Below are positions 11,801 to 23,688 of a DNA stretch of 64,000 nt, piece after piece (positions within the stretch are counted from its first letter, which is position 1; the number at the start of each line of letters is the position of its first letter). A program made the translations under genes and the position numbers. The notes under the pieces were generated by a model that had not been told where the DNA came from, did no database searches, and saw only the letters and a list, made by a program, of their open reading frames with translations. The stretch comes from Xylographa opegraphella (Eukaryota), in assembly GCA_022813865.1 (NCBI GenBank), contig JALDZX010000027.1, forward strand, positions 124,001 through 188,000. Direction: 5' to 3'.

Positions 11801-14552
11801 ATGGATAGCGAAACCGGATATCCTCAGCCGCATCTGGGGGCCACTTTCTATCCAGGGGGGGTTGATGATTTCTACATACCTGAACTTGTCTCTCCTGCTC
11901 CGCAAAGGTCAGTTATTGCGCCGGTGGATACTTCAATGACGTTCAAGGGCTATGCTAACGCTGTCGGTACAGGTCAATGCCTGAAGTGCCTCAACAAATC
12001 CAAGATAATCTCGCACATTTCGAGCTTGACGCCAGTTCTCCACAGAGTCCTTCCGGACCGCATTTACTAGAATCAATGCATTCTAGCCAGATTGGCGCAT
12101 CTTATAGCAACAGTGATGCGGCGCCGCCTCGAACGCAATCTTCAGGACCCGCACGTTCCAGATTCCAGAATAACGGGCCTAGTGGACGAGAACCTAACGG
12201 ACAGCGGCCGCATGAACCCCAGGACGTAGTGGATCAGCCGTCCTTCTCGCCTTTTCCGCAACTACGTAACAGACCGCCGAATGTTCCCCCGTCGGATGGT
12301 GAGAAAGAGGCTATACTTGAAAATGCTCGGGAGGCCGTCTTGCACTCAAACGATCCTGAGATGCAATTGACGTGGGCACAAGACGCCTTGAGTTATGTCG
12401 AGATAGCAATGGGGAACGAAGCACGGATGTCAGAATTGCGAAGTTCTCGATCAAGAACACCACGCATTGAGCATCAGCTTCGAGTCGACGCCGTGAATAT
12501 CGTGACATTCCTTGCAGATCAACACCATCCTAAAGCAGAGTTCCTACGAGGCATGTGGCTGGAGTTTGGCAAGCTTGGATTTCGAATGGACAAGAAGGAA
12601 GCATATCGATGTTATTCGCGAGCTGCACAAGGGGGCTATATTAGGGCAGAGTACCGGATCGGGATGCAGTTCGAGAACTCTAACGATGCTGTAAATGCTA
12701 TCAAACACTTCTCGCTTGGCCTTGTGGGACACGACTCAGCATCGAACTATGTATGTTCTGATATCTTAGTCATTTTAGAAGCGGGAAGAAGGCTAACTGT
12801 CCTAGCGCTTGGGGATGATGGCGCTTCTAGGACAACATGGTCAGCCACTAGATTACCAAAGGGGAATAGAAATGATCAGATTCTCTGCTGAGACTGCGGA
12901 CGAAAATGCCCCTCAAGGTGCATTTGTAAGCTTCACCATGCCACTATCGGCTGGACCGATTGGATTCAGCTAATATCGTCTCAGGTGTATGGAATGCTTC
13001 AAGCGCGTGAGCTTCCACAAGTTTTGGTACCCGAATCGTTGCTACCACTGGACTTGGATAGTGCTCTCTACAACATTGAAAAAGCTGCTTATTTAGGGTT
13101 TGCCAAAGCGCAGACAAAGATGGGAGTGGCATACGAACTTTGCCAATTGGGCTGCGAGTTTGATCCTACTTTGTCGCTCCACTACAATAACCTTGCCGCT
13201 AGACAGGGGGATCCAGAAGCAGAGATGGCTATCAGCAAATGGTTCCTATGCGGTCATGAAGGCATTTTCAAGAAAAATGAAGAGATGGCATTCTCTTATG
13301 CGCAACGAGCTGCGCAAACTGGTCTCCCAACAGCTGAATTTGCATTGGGATATTTCTACGAAGTTGGCATACATGTTACTGTAAGCATCAAAGAGGCAAG
13401 AGTTTGGTATAGCAGAGCTGCGGAACATGGTAACAATGATGCCGCTGCTAGAATTGAAGGAATAACTCGATCAAAGACACTGTCGAGAAAGGATCATGAA
13501 CAAATCGCTGTTGCGAAAATTAATTCCGCACGAGCTTCCCGCCTTGGCAACAAGCCACAGCGCTTGATGCGGCCTACGATGCCAGCCATGCCAGAGGTTC
13601 CGCCAATGCCTCAGCTACCATATAGGACGGTACGTATGCCCGATGTCGGATCCTCGTTCCAGGGATATGCAAACCATGGGCCATATTCTCCGCAAACTCC
13701 AACGTCGTCATATACAGGCTCTGCCTATATTGGATCGATAACTCCGCAACCAAGACCCCAATCCTCGAACACCTATAACAACCTTGGCCCAGCTGCTGCC
13801 ACAGGCACACTCCCTGCAAACGGTGGCTATGGTATGACTTCCTCTAGCCCGATTGTTCCTCAAAGACCATATTCAGCGACCCCCAATCCTACTTACGGGT
13901 TCGGACGAGGCGGCATAAGTCCCCACCCGCAACCCAGTACTCCAAAGCCTCCAATGACACCGAATCCGCAAGGTTATCGACGGTCATCTGAAAATGTACC
14001 GCCAGGCCCGGTAACTACTCAACCGGGTTATGATGCCGGACAGAAACCGCTACCTCAAATTCAACTCGGCTTCACTGCACCCCCAGATCTTTCTGGGGCT
14101 GACCGTAAGAAGCGGTCACAGCGCTCCGACAATCCAGTGACTGGATATCAGACTACCGGAAGAGCTAACGTCCCTCATCTTGATCGAACATCATCAAGAC
14201 CTCCAGTTGCACCTCAAGGCCAATTCCAAGGCAAAGAAGGCCGCGTGCAAACTTCGCACCTTACGACGTCCTCGCCTGCAGCCGGCAATAGACCACTACG
14301 AAACGAGCCCCAACCATTAAGACCCGCCGCTGGATCTTCTGTATCAAGTACGCCTACACCTGCTGCTCCTAGTATCTCGACTAGCACCCCAACTCCAACA
14401 GCGAGCAGCACTCCGGGAGGACGGCGACCTGGTAAGGGACCCAGTACTTTTGAAGAAATGGGTGTGCCTCAGGGGAAAAAGGAAGATGACTGCGTAAGTT
14501 CCACGAAGGATTGGGGAATGTCTCGCTGACCTAAACACAGATTGTTATGTGA
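11801..14552 (+). CDS. Sel1-repeat chitin synthase regulator / activator of C-kinase (ACK1/CHS4/SKT5 family) with C-terminal CaaX (CIVM)
   Basis: NDPEMQLTWAQDAL followed by several Sel1 repeats (AEYRIGMQFE, AQTKMGVAYE, AEMAISKWFLCG, AEFALGYFYEVG), a Pro-rich tail, and GPSTFEEMGVPQGKKEDDC|IVM*. Confidence 0.88.
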
Positions 14553-14710
14553 AATCTGCTGGCCGTAGTTTCGGAACTTTTTTGCTTGCTGCATAGCGAG
14601 GCGCATATTATACCCTGGGAAATGATACATGGTCTAGATGTTAGCTTTGAACTTAGTTGGATGACTATTTATTCGAGATATCAGAATCTCTTGAATAACC
14701 CTAGTCTTGT

Positions 14711-14719
14711 GTCACGTGA
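14711..14719. promoter_or_regulatory. GTCACGTGA E-box (Cbf1-type bHLH site) upstream of HOP2
   Basis: Exact RTCACGTGA about 130 bp upstream of the HOP2 ATG, with a second partial GTCACG at about 14733. Function not shown. Confidence 0.35.
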
Positions 14720-14844
14720 GACTGGTGATCTCGTCACGCTTCGAACTTAGGCGAAGAATAATTGTTACCTTAATCTCTGAATTTATTTTCTTTCGTCTCA
14801 GTTCCAAATTGAGCCATATAGCGCGCACTTGAGATACATTGAAC

Positions 14845-15809
14845 ATGGCGCCCCGCAAAGAGAAGACGGAAAAGATCAGTGGCGATGAAGGTGCTGCTGT
14901 CTATTATTTCCCAAGACGCGCCACTACTGATGACTCTGTAGGCGCTGCAATGATATTAGATTACCTAAGTACACATTTTTTAAGAACTGATATGAGTACA
15001 TCTGTTGATTGATGTACACAGAGAAGCAGAAGCATGTTTGATCGATCTATTATCTCTTTCTTTGTGTGAGCTAACAGACGGTCTGAAGTCGTCCATATTC
15101 GGTGAGATGAGAAATTTTAGACGGCGCAAGAATGTGGTAGACTGACAACTAGCTGTATGAGGCTATTGACATATCTGCGAACTTACATAACAAGGTAACG
15201 AAAAGCAACACTGTCAAGGTCCTTAAAGACTTGCACGAGCAGAACTTGATAGCCGGAAAAGCTGCAGGTGATAAATAAGCAAGACCAGAGGAGATCACCG
15301 ACTGACACTATTCGCAGGCAAACAGATCGTTTATCATGCGCTCCAAAATCCCAAGGATACCGCCAGCCTCGAAGATATTGCGGCCATGGATCGAGAGATT
15401 ACGCAGCTCCGCGAAGAGATTGCCATAGCCATCGGCGAAGAAAGAATCCTTAAAGCCAATTTAATCGCTTTGAATGCAACAATGTCGACTGAAGATATAC
15501 GAGCCAACTTAGTAGCACTTGAAGCTCAGAAGAAAGATATTTTGTCACGCCTCAACCCTTTACGTTCTGGCAGCGTCAAGCTGGTGTCGCCACAAGTGAA
15601 AGCAGAGGTGGACCAAGCGTGGAAACTTTGGAATTCTCGAGCCAATACAAGGAAGAAGATTTGCATGGAGCTGTGGGCTGTTCTGACAGAGGAGATGCCA
15701 GAAGGGAAGACGAAGGAAGAGCTCTGGGTACAGAAACCTTCGTAGACTTCTAAGGTGTCGCTGACGATTTTGACCTTAGGAGGAATATGGGCTAGTGGGC
15801 GACAGCTGA
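14845..15809 (+). CDS. HOP2: Homologous-pairing protein Hop2 (TBPIP), 7 exons including 10-nt and 13-nt micro-exons
   Basis: The spliced translation reads MAPRKEKTEKISGDE|GAAMILDYL|KKQN|RPYS|...AIDISANLHNKVTK...GKAA|GKQIVYHALQ...EELW|EEYGLVGDS*. Confidence 0.9.
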
Positions 15810-16458
15810 ATCAAGTTATAACTGGTGCATACACACCCTCGAAGACACTATGTTTGACAGGAAATCGGAATACTGCATGTAACATGCGTTAAGCCGTATA
15901 TCAATTTCAGTAGACCATCTACAGAGCCTAGACCGCTCCACGCACAGAGTAACACTCTCTTCTGAACGCTGTGAAAGACCCGGAGGATATCCATAGTAGA
16001 AGTGCAAAATGGTCATGCTGTCCTAAGTCCGGTCATCTGGAGAGTCCGCATGACTCAAGGACATTTCCCCATCTCCGAGACAGGTGGGTTGCCTGCAAGA
16101 GAGCAGAGGTGGTGACGACATCTCCATTTGCTATACCAGAGATTAATAGTCTAGAAAGACCGTCCGCGCACAACGTGCAGTGGGAACGACGTGCACAGAA
16201 CAAGAAGTTCTCTTTGATGGAGCCTGTTCAGTCCGTGATGGCCCGTGCTTGTTTTAGCCTTTGTCACTCTAGCGGGCCCTCGGCGGCTTGTTCCATTATC
16301 ACTTGAAGTACGAAGTTAACGACTTTCATCTTGTGCCTTTGGTAACTTTCCATTCGCATCGGCCCGCCGCTCGTAGTCCCTCAGCTTGAGCAGCACGATT
16401 CACTTCTGTATACAAGGGTGACTGCCTGCAGCGGCAAGCTCAAAACCCGGGTGCCAAT

Positions 16459-18476
16459 ATGGCCACTTACATGGCGCAAGTGCAACCCCCCGCAAACCCA
16501 CACCAAGACTTCCCACGCAATACCCCACCCGAGATGTTCCACGAGCAGACCGCCTCTCATCGAGGAGACTTTGCGCAGGTGGTATCTAATGGGACTCGAA
16601 ATCACAACAGGATGTCGGCTGAGTACAGGGGAAATGGCACATCGAACGGAAGCAAGGCCATTCCCTCAGGCCCGCAACTTCATGGTGCGAACGGTGCATC
16701 CAGAAACTTTGGACCTCTTGGTGGAGGCGCATTTGACGGGCCAAGGAGTCCGCCAAATACAAAGAGTATACTGCTCGAAATCTATACCGCCTAGGTCACT
16801 TGCTGATTGCGTTTCGTATAGATACCTCGCACGTGCCCTGCAAGTTCTTCAAGATCGGACAATGTCAAGCTGGTAAAGCTTGCCCCTTCTTACACTCAAC
16901 GGACAATTCGAAATTCGAAACACCTTGTAAATATTTTGCTAAGGTATGGCCTTTGCGGTGGATTTTGGTACTGCTTAAGTCCAACTGCCGCGTGCTAAAC
17001 CCGCTTTAGGGAAACTGCAAGTTCGGACCGAAATGCGCTCTCCTGCATATACTACCTAACGGACAAGTGGTCAACAAGCTAAACCGTTCAATGGGTGGCC
17101 ATCTTAATTTGGGGGGCAGAGTGGACCCAATGGCTTATCACCATCAAGAATCAGTTCTGGGCAATTCGCTTCTTGCGCAGCAAGCCAACGGTCTTCCATC
17201 ACCATTCAGTCATCAGTATCCGATGGCCGATATCGATCCCGCTTTAATGACTTCTATGCAGTCACAACCATACGAGAATGCCCAGCCATTAGACATCAGG
17301 AACTCCGTGTACCCGGATTCTAAGTATGGTTCGCCACGAGACGACAGCCGAATGCCTTTGTCACCGGTGATGCATCTCAGCACTCTTGACGCACCATTGC
17401 CAGCTTCATTCGACAGTCAAGGTATCTCATATATTGCAAGGCATGGCCCAGTTGCAGCTTCTGTGCCGTCGAAGTTTGGCCTGGAGTCTCCGCCTTCTTC
17501 ACTGCCGAAGAAAACTTTACCTCCATCGGACGCTTTGCGTAATTTATATGATTCCGCCTTTGGTGGCGACCACCGCCTCAAAGCGGCAAATCTCGGCTCA
17601 TCTCCCTCGGTTCCAGCGGAGGAGTATACTGGGCCACGTATGATGCACTCTCAACGCGTCACTAAACCGAAAATGCTATCAGCAAGCTTGCCGAGGCCAG
17701 GTGTTTCGGATGACTGGGACAATGATATATTGTTCGGTGGCGAAGAGGACTATCTGCCAAGCAATTTGACGCATTTGCTTAATGCGGATGAGAAAATACG
17801 GAGGTTTTCCGGAAGAGAACAAGACCCAGCCTCTCTGAGGGAGGGTCTAAGTGGTCACGGTACTCCTGCTGAGATTTCCAGCAAAGCTGGCTCCCCCAGC
17901 ACGGCGAGTCCGTCCAGATTCACGGCTTTGTTTACGAAGCAAAAACGGGATGAAGAAATCAACGGTTTATCAAATTCAACATTCGGACACGTGGGCTCAC
18001 CACTTCGGAATTCGTCTCTACATCTTGGCACCAGTCCCAGTATTCGAGCACTTCCTCGTTCGACTTCCGGCGACCTTCCGCTTCACGTTGCTAGTCCACC
18101 GCGTCAGGGCGCTATGTCTACATTATCACAGCAACTCCAACGTACACGACTAGCAAGGAATGACTCAAGCGATGGGCCCTCATCTCTGCACCCTATATCC
18201 GCGCGACAAATATCCAACCCCGCCAACCGTCTCGACCGCGCCATATCATCATCCAGCATACACAAGGACCGGATCGACGAAGAAGAATGTGTTTTCTCTC
18301 TCGATGAAGAGGAGTACAACGGGAACAGACAGAACGGAATCTGGGGCCAGCCGAATGGGACAAAGTCCCCGAATCTTGGACCCATCGGTGGGGGACGGCA
18401 GTTTTCTTGCGTCCATATTGCTGATGCGACGAAGTCTTCATCCAACGGAGTTCTGACCAACCAACGGGCCACGTGA
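16459..18476 (+). CDS. LEE1: Tandem CCCH zinc-finger protein (Lee1/cps3/Scp3, makorin-like)
   Basis: GPRSPPNTK|NTSHVPCKFFKIGQCQAGKACPFLHS...TPCKYFAK|GNCKFGPKCALLH, then LDAPLPASFDSQGIS...GPVAASVPSKFG and EEDYLP. Confidence 0.85.
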
Positions 18477-18560
18477 GGAACAGCGACGGGTTCTCTGTGG
18501 AGTATCTCAATCTTTACGGTAATATTTCATTGTAACACATTCTTCAGTATGCTGGGTGTT

Positions 18561-18568
18561 GGTGGCAA
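18561..18568 (+). promoter_or_regulatory. GGTGGCAA, PACE (Rpn4)-like element about 500 bp upstream of RPN12
   Basis: 8/9 match to yeast PACE GGTGGCAAA upstream of a proteasome subunit gene. It also lies in the LEE1 3' region, so it may be chance. Confidence 0.25.
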
Positions 18569-19062
18569 GTAATGATGCACAGGGCACTGGTAGGCAAAAT
18601 TTATCACGATGTTTGACGATCTCATAGATAAAGGACTTTGGCTCGGGCTTGGGGCTTTGCAAAACTACGGCGTTGAATGCTTATCTGGCTGGATCTAGTC
18701 AGACGACCACAGATCATCAATATAGTCACGAGTGCTAGATTTGGGCTTGGGGCTTAGGCATACTTACCTGTTGATACATAGGATTTATATGCTATAAGCA
18801 GAACGAAATCAACTACATAATATTCCCGATACCTTCAGTAATTGCGTTTTTCTTCACGATGAAAATGTATTACTTTCAATATAGCTTGTCGTGGCCCTTG
18901 AATATCTTCGCGAACCTGATTTCAGCCTTGGGCTTGGCACCCATCGGCAAGCGGCGCCAAGCCCGAAAGAGCTCTCCAGCAGAACCTCAACCCAAACATA
19001 TTGGCGGTAATACCCATCAACCAACCGACCAATCCGCAGAGGAAACGCCTCCCATCATAGCC

Positions 19063-20028
19063 ATGACCTCTGAATCTGATCTGTCCCATATCCTCGCTCA
19101 GCTCTCGTCCCTGCCCCCACACTCAACCCAAACCGCCTCCCTACTGTCGAAAGCAAAGCTCACCCTCCTCCATCTCAACGCCCTCATCCCTGGTCCCAAC
19201 ACACCGGCGTCGCTGCTTCTCCTCGCTCGGCGCACGCTCGAAACCGGCGCCCTTATCTCCATACGTAACCAGAATCCCGACGCATTCACGAGATACTATC
19301 AGCAACTCCAGCCCTTCTACGAGCTTCCCCCTTCCTCATACAGCGCCTCGAGCTCGAAACCGAGCGAGGAAGAGGCGGTGGGGCAACGGAGTAAGGTAAC
19401 GGGCTTATACCTGTTGCTGCTTTTGACAAAGGGGGATTATGCGGGCTTCCACACACTGCTAGAGGGGTTGGAGGTGCAGGCGATGGGGGAGGGTTTGGAG
19501 GGTGATGTGTTCATCCGGTATCCGGTCATGCTGGAGCAATGGCTGATGGAGGGACAATACGATCGGGTGTGGGGGGCCATGAAGGGGAAGGGAGTGCCGA
19601 GCGAGGAGTTTGCTGTGTTCTCTGAGGTATGTTTTTGCTGCGATATGAGCAGTGGCTGAGATGTGCCATCTCTTGCTTTAAACGATGAAGAGCCCCGCCT
19701 GCTCGGAGACGATGATAAGAGAGTGCGGTATGCTGACGCTGTGCTACAGGTCCTCGTCGTTACCATTCGCTCCGAGATCGCGTCGTGTTCGGAGAAGGCA
19801 TACCCATCTCTACCGATACCTAATGCGAAGAATCTTCTCTTCCTCGATAGCGAAGGCAGTGTTGTGGCGTTTGCGCACGAGAGAGGCTGGGTGGTGAAAG
19901 ATGGGCGGATATACTTCCCTTTGCAGCAGGGCCAGGACGTGCGGACGGAGAAGGAGATCCTGGTGGCGAGTGGGCAAGTGATTGAGAACACGATCGGCTA
20001 TGCGAGAGAATTGGAGACCATCGTCTAG
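19063..20028 (+). CDS. RPN12: 26S proteasome lid subunit Rpn12, 2 exons
   Basis: LLSKAKLTLL...ARRTLETGALISIR...FTRYYQQLQPFY...FHTLLE...YPVMLEQWLMEGQYDRVW...SEIASCSEKAYPSL...IENTIGYARELETIV*. Confidence 0.95.
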
Positions 20029-20109
20029 AATGCTTGATAGCACACCGGAAGGTATAGGTCTCCGACAATTGGAATCATATCGCAATAGACTTATCAAGTC
20101 TGCAGCGAC

Positions 20110-21089
20110 TTATCCATGATTGCTGTCCAAATCGGCTTTCCCTTCTAAACTCTTTTCGCACTCCCCTCTTACCTCCTCTGCGCCTCCTACCCCCTTCCAC
20201 TTATCCAGCAGCGCTTTGACTTCACTCCAGTCACTCTCCGCCGCTTCTCGCTGGCCCCTATCCACACAGTCCCTCAGCCGCCTTGGCGCATCAAGCACCC
20301 ACCTCACCGTCTGCCTCTGCCTCCACTTGTCCTCCGCCCGCTCCTCATCCGCCGCCAGCCCACCATTCTCCACAATCCTCGGGACCTGCACCCGCTCCTG
20401 CAGCGCGCTCGCCAACGACGCTGCGGTGTCCGAGATGTGCGCGATAGCCGGAGAGAGGGTCGAGGTCGTGGGCGTCAGGGGATCCATATTCACGCGCATC
20501 TACACCATCCGGTCAGTCCTTTGTGGTGTTCCATCCGCGCACGGGGAGGGCCGTACCTTCCGGATCGTCTCCGTCGCCGTGATGAGCTTCGAGTAGTTAT
20601 CGTACACCAGCGCCTTGCGCTCGCCGTCAAGGCCTTTGATCTCTGCTCTCCACAACATCGATCAGCCCTCTCCTGCATATAGCCCATCTACCTCCCTCCC
20701 CTCCTCTCCCCCTATCTAGCTCCGCACCCGCTCACCCCCCGGTCCCCAGACATACCATTCACCAACCCGGCCTCGATCCGCAACACGCCCTCCAGCCCCT
20801 CCCGGCCCAGCACCTCGCGCACATACCCCTCGGCATCGAAGCCCGCGCGGTCGAGCTCGCTCTCTTTCACGTCCGCGTCTTCGTGCTGCAGGCCCAGGCC
20901 GCTGGGCTCGTGCGCGGCGGCGTTGGCTGAGGGGACCGGGCTTTTCAGCCCGTAGTAGTCGCGAAGGGCGGCGCGGTTGCCGCGCCGGTGGGAGAGCGCG
21001 GGCGAGCGGGCGAGGGTGTCGGTTGAGGTGCGGCGGGAGGAGGAGGGGGTGGGGAGGGGGGAGGGGAGGGCGGGTGAGGGTGGGGGCAT
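20110..21089 (-). CDS. VPS51: GARP complex subunit Vps51 (short fungal form), 3 exons
   Basis: NRAALRDYYGL, SELDRAGFDAEGYV, EIKGLDGERKALVYDNYSKLITATETIRK|MRVNMDPLTPTTSTLSPAIAHI. Confidence 0.92.
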
Positions 21090-21530
21090 TGTGGGCGTGG
21101 GAAGATGGAGGGTGGAGGGGAGTTGGGGGGTTGCTGGTAGGGTGTATCCTAAGGTTGTAGGAGCGATACGGAAGCTTACCCGGTGGTGAAAGCGGGATTG
21201 TCGGCGGACATTGGCAGTCTCTCGGACGCCCATACGTGGAATTTTTCGAGACTCGTAAAATGGATAGGGTGTGGGAATATCCTGCATTTGGATGCTGATA
21301 CCAATGCAAAGCTAGTTGCGGCAATGCCTCGCACTCAGTGTTGACCTGGCAGGATTCCACGGAATGCAGATATCCAACCAGTCGCGAGCACCAGCACTGC
21401 TCGATATCGCATTCCAGCCAAAAGGGAAAGCACCACAGATCCTCGCTCCAGAATTCTTAGAAACTCTGCGAGACTTTCCACAGCGTCAACGACCTTGCCC
21501 CGCAACCGTTGACACAAACCCTCCCTGACC

Positions 21531-22220
21531 ATGACAACCTCCCTGGGCCCCCAGATCTCCGCCCTCCTCCTCACCAACAAATCTCTCGTGCCCACACCCA
21601 CCTGGCTCACCAGCTTCCTTAGCACTCAGCGTCCCGCTACGCCCCTCACCGCTCTCTATCAGACGGCCCTCTTCCGGCTGCTCGCCTCCGACATCACCAC
21701 CTCGCTCTCGCCGCTTCCTCCGAACACTTTCCCGCCAGACATTCACAACATAGACCTCCAGTCGCGGCACTTGCAGAGCCCGATTGTGGTACAAGTCCTC
21801 GATATCGAAGACATGAGCAAGAGTCGCTGGGAGCAGATCGAGGCGATTGAGGCGCTGGAGCGGGGCGAGGGTACGAAGGGGCGGGAGATTGTGCGGGTGG
21901 TGGCGGCCGTGGAGGGGAGTGATGACCTGGTGGCCGCGGGAAGAGCAGGGGGGCCGCATAAACTGCTGTTGCAAGATGCGAGAGGGGTGAGGGTATACGG
22001 GATAGAGTTGAAGGAGGTGGAAGGGGTGGGGCTGGTGATGAGTATTGGGTGTAAGTTGGTGCTGCGGGGTGTGAGTGTCGCCAGGGGGGTGGTGTTGCTG
22101 GAGCCGAGGACGGCGACGTTATTGGGAGGCAAAATAGACGCGCTGCATGAAGGGTGGCGGGAGGGGAGGAAGACGAGCTTGAAGGCGGCGATTGAGGCGA
22201 GTGAGCGCGAAAGAGTTTGA
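21531..22220 (+). CDS. RMI1: RecQ-mediated genome instability protein Rmi1 (N-terminal helical plus OB fold)
   Basis: TALFRLLASDIT, IVVQVLDIEDMSKSRWEQIEAIE, GPHKLLLQDARG, MSIGCKLVL, RGVVLLEP, LLGGKI. Single exon. Confidence 0.92.
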   Translation: MTTSLGPQISALLLTNKSLVPTPTWLTSFLSTQRPATPLTALYQTALFRLLASDITTSLSPLPPNTFPPDIHNIDLQSRHLQSPIVVQVLDIEDMSKSRWEQIEAIEALERGEGTKGREIVRVVAAVEGSDDLVAAGRAGGPHKLLLQDARGVRVYGIELKEVEGVGLVMSIGCKLVLRGVSVARGVVLLEPRTATLLGGKIDALHEGWREGRKTSLKAAIEASERERV

Positions 22221-22389
22221 TGTTTACGATAACGATAGATATTGAGCCGGCATGGAAGATCTCATCCACGATATATACAGCAACCACAACACACAACAGG
22301 GTATCTTCGACGGACAACAAAGCAGCACCACGCTCTCTCCTAACTGTGCCAAATGGCCAACCACAAGCAAAATCTCCAATCCAGTATAA

Positions 22390-23437
22390 TCAAACAGTCC
22401 AGGCGAGCACCTCTTTCGTCTGATAAAGACTTGGCTTCAAGCCCCACCGATTGTTGCTACCGGTGATATCCAGGTATGTGAAAACATCTGTAAATTATCA
22501 GCTGATCCGTTGTCAAATGCCTGACTGATGCATTATCAGCTGTCCATACCAGGTTTGTACGATAAGCCTATCTCCTGGCCCCACTCGCTCTTCCTCTTCC
22601 CCAATCCCAACTCTTCCAGCTTGAGTAGCACTCGCTTGACATCTTTCCTGTTGCTAAAATCCTCTGTATACACACAGATCAGTCTGCCCTCGTTCTCAGC
22701 TTGGCCATTTTCCGTGGCAACCTTTGCAGCGCCACCCAACTCTCCAGCCACGGTTGCCGTGGCCACAACACCCCACACACGATTAACCTCCGCCGCAGTG
22801 GGAAAGAGCATCCACTTCCCCCAGCTGCAGCCATTCTCGCGCGCCGCCGCCAGTATCGCCGTCCTGGCCGTCTCGCGCAGCGGATTCACCTTCTTAGTCA
22901 CGGTCTGAGCGGGTCTTCCTTTCAGACTGGCTTCGACATCCGCACGGCGTGTTTCGAAGTCGGCGAGAATTCCTGCGCCTTGTTCTTTAGTCTTGGTCCA
23001 GTTCTCGGACGTGGGCCTAGCGGTGGAGTAGGGGTTCGCAATGAATATCCAGTCGCCGACATGTGAGCGCTGAGATGACAGAGGAGGGAGGCGCTCCAGG
23101 AAGTCGGATACAGTCTCGTCGAGCTGACGCGCGAAGATTTGACCCTCGTAACGGTTGTAGAGAGTGGCTGGCTTGGACGACGATTTAACAGTGGTATTTG
23201 CCAGCGCCATGGTTGTGAGTTGAAGGTATGCTGGCGGAAGGAGTGTCGATACCGGAGTAGAGTCGACAAGACTGCAGAGATGCGTTTTTAGATCCGAGTC
23301 GCCTGATGGAAGCCTGCTTAGCTGGCGATGCCACAGGTAGTACATGCCGGACAAAAGTACACACCGTAGAAGCTGGAGTCGTCGGATATGTATCCCTCAT
23401 CGCCGTTCACATAATCCTCCTCCTTAGGCTCTGGCAT
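22390..23437 (-). CDS. BLES03 / DUF1917 (UPF0696) eIF4E-like fold protein, 3 exons
   Basis: ISDDSSFYG|..., ARQLDETVSDFLERLPP, WIFIANP, GKWMLF, AAKVAT, RLICVYTEDF, LSYKP|DVFTYLDI...WGLKPSLY. Confidence 0.85.
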
Positions 23438-23688
23438 ATTCGTTGATATGAATTTTACATCTTCAGCTGTTGAATGCTGTAGATCAATTGGGTGTGTTTG
23501 CTAAGGTAGGTATTTGTTCCCACAAGGCCGCCAAGACGATGCACGCTGTGATCGACACCGCTATTCTAGCGCCCGTCCCGTCCCGCGATTGTGCAACGTC
23601 AAATTATGCATTGACGAAATGTTCGTGATACTTTCAAAGCTCTATCATTTGGGTCAGGGAGAGAATCGAATCCTGCTAGCCACCCTGA

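Noticed and set aside
18760..18920. U1 snRNA gene (starts ATACTTACCTG)
   Set aside because: The downstream sequence lacks the U1-70K loop, the U1A loop and the Sm site/terminal stem. Only the 11-mer matches.
19627..19749. TPP riboswitch in the RPN12 intron (GCTGAGAT)
   Set aside because: The rest of the aptamer (CTTGATC...GATAATACCAGCG-like core) is absent and the host gene is unrelated to thiamine.
8030..22220. Apparent cluster of genome-stability/meiosis genes (CHL1, HOP2, RMI1)
   Set aside because: They are interspersed with unrelated housekeeping genes and I see no shared motif, so chance neighbourhood is sufficient.
20120..22320. Long overlapping/antisense ORFs over VPS51 and RMI1 (and similarly over EGH1, NNR1 and the 42-43 kb gene)
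   Set aside because: These are shadow ORFs expected from high GC and codon bias. They are low-complexity and carry no family motifs.
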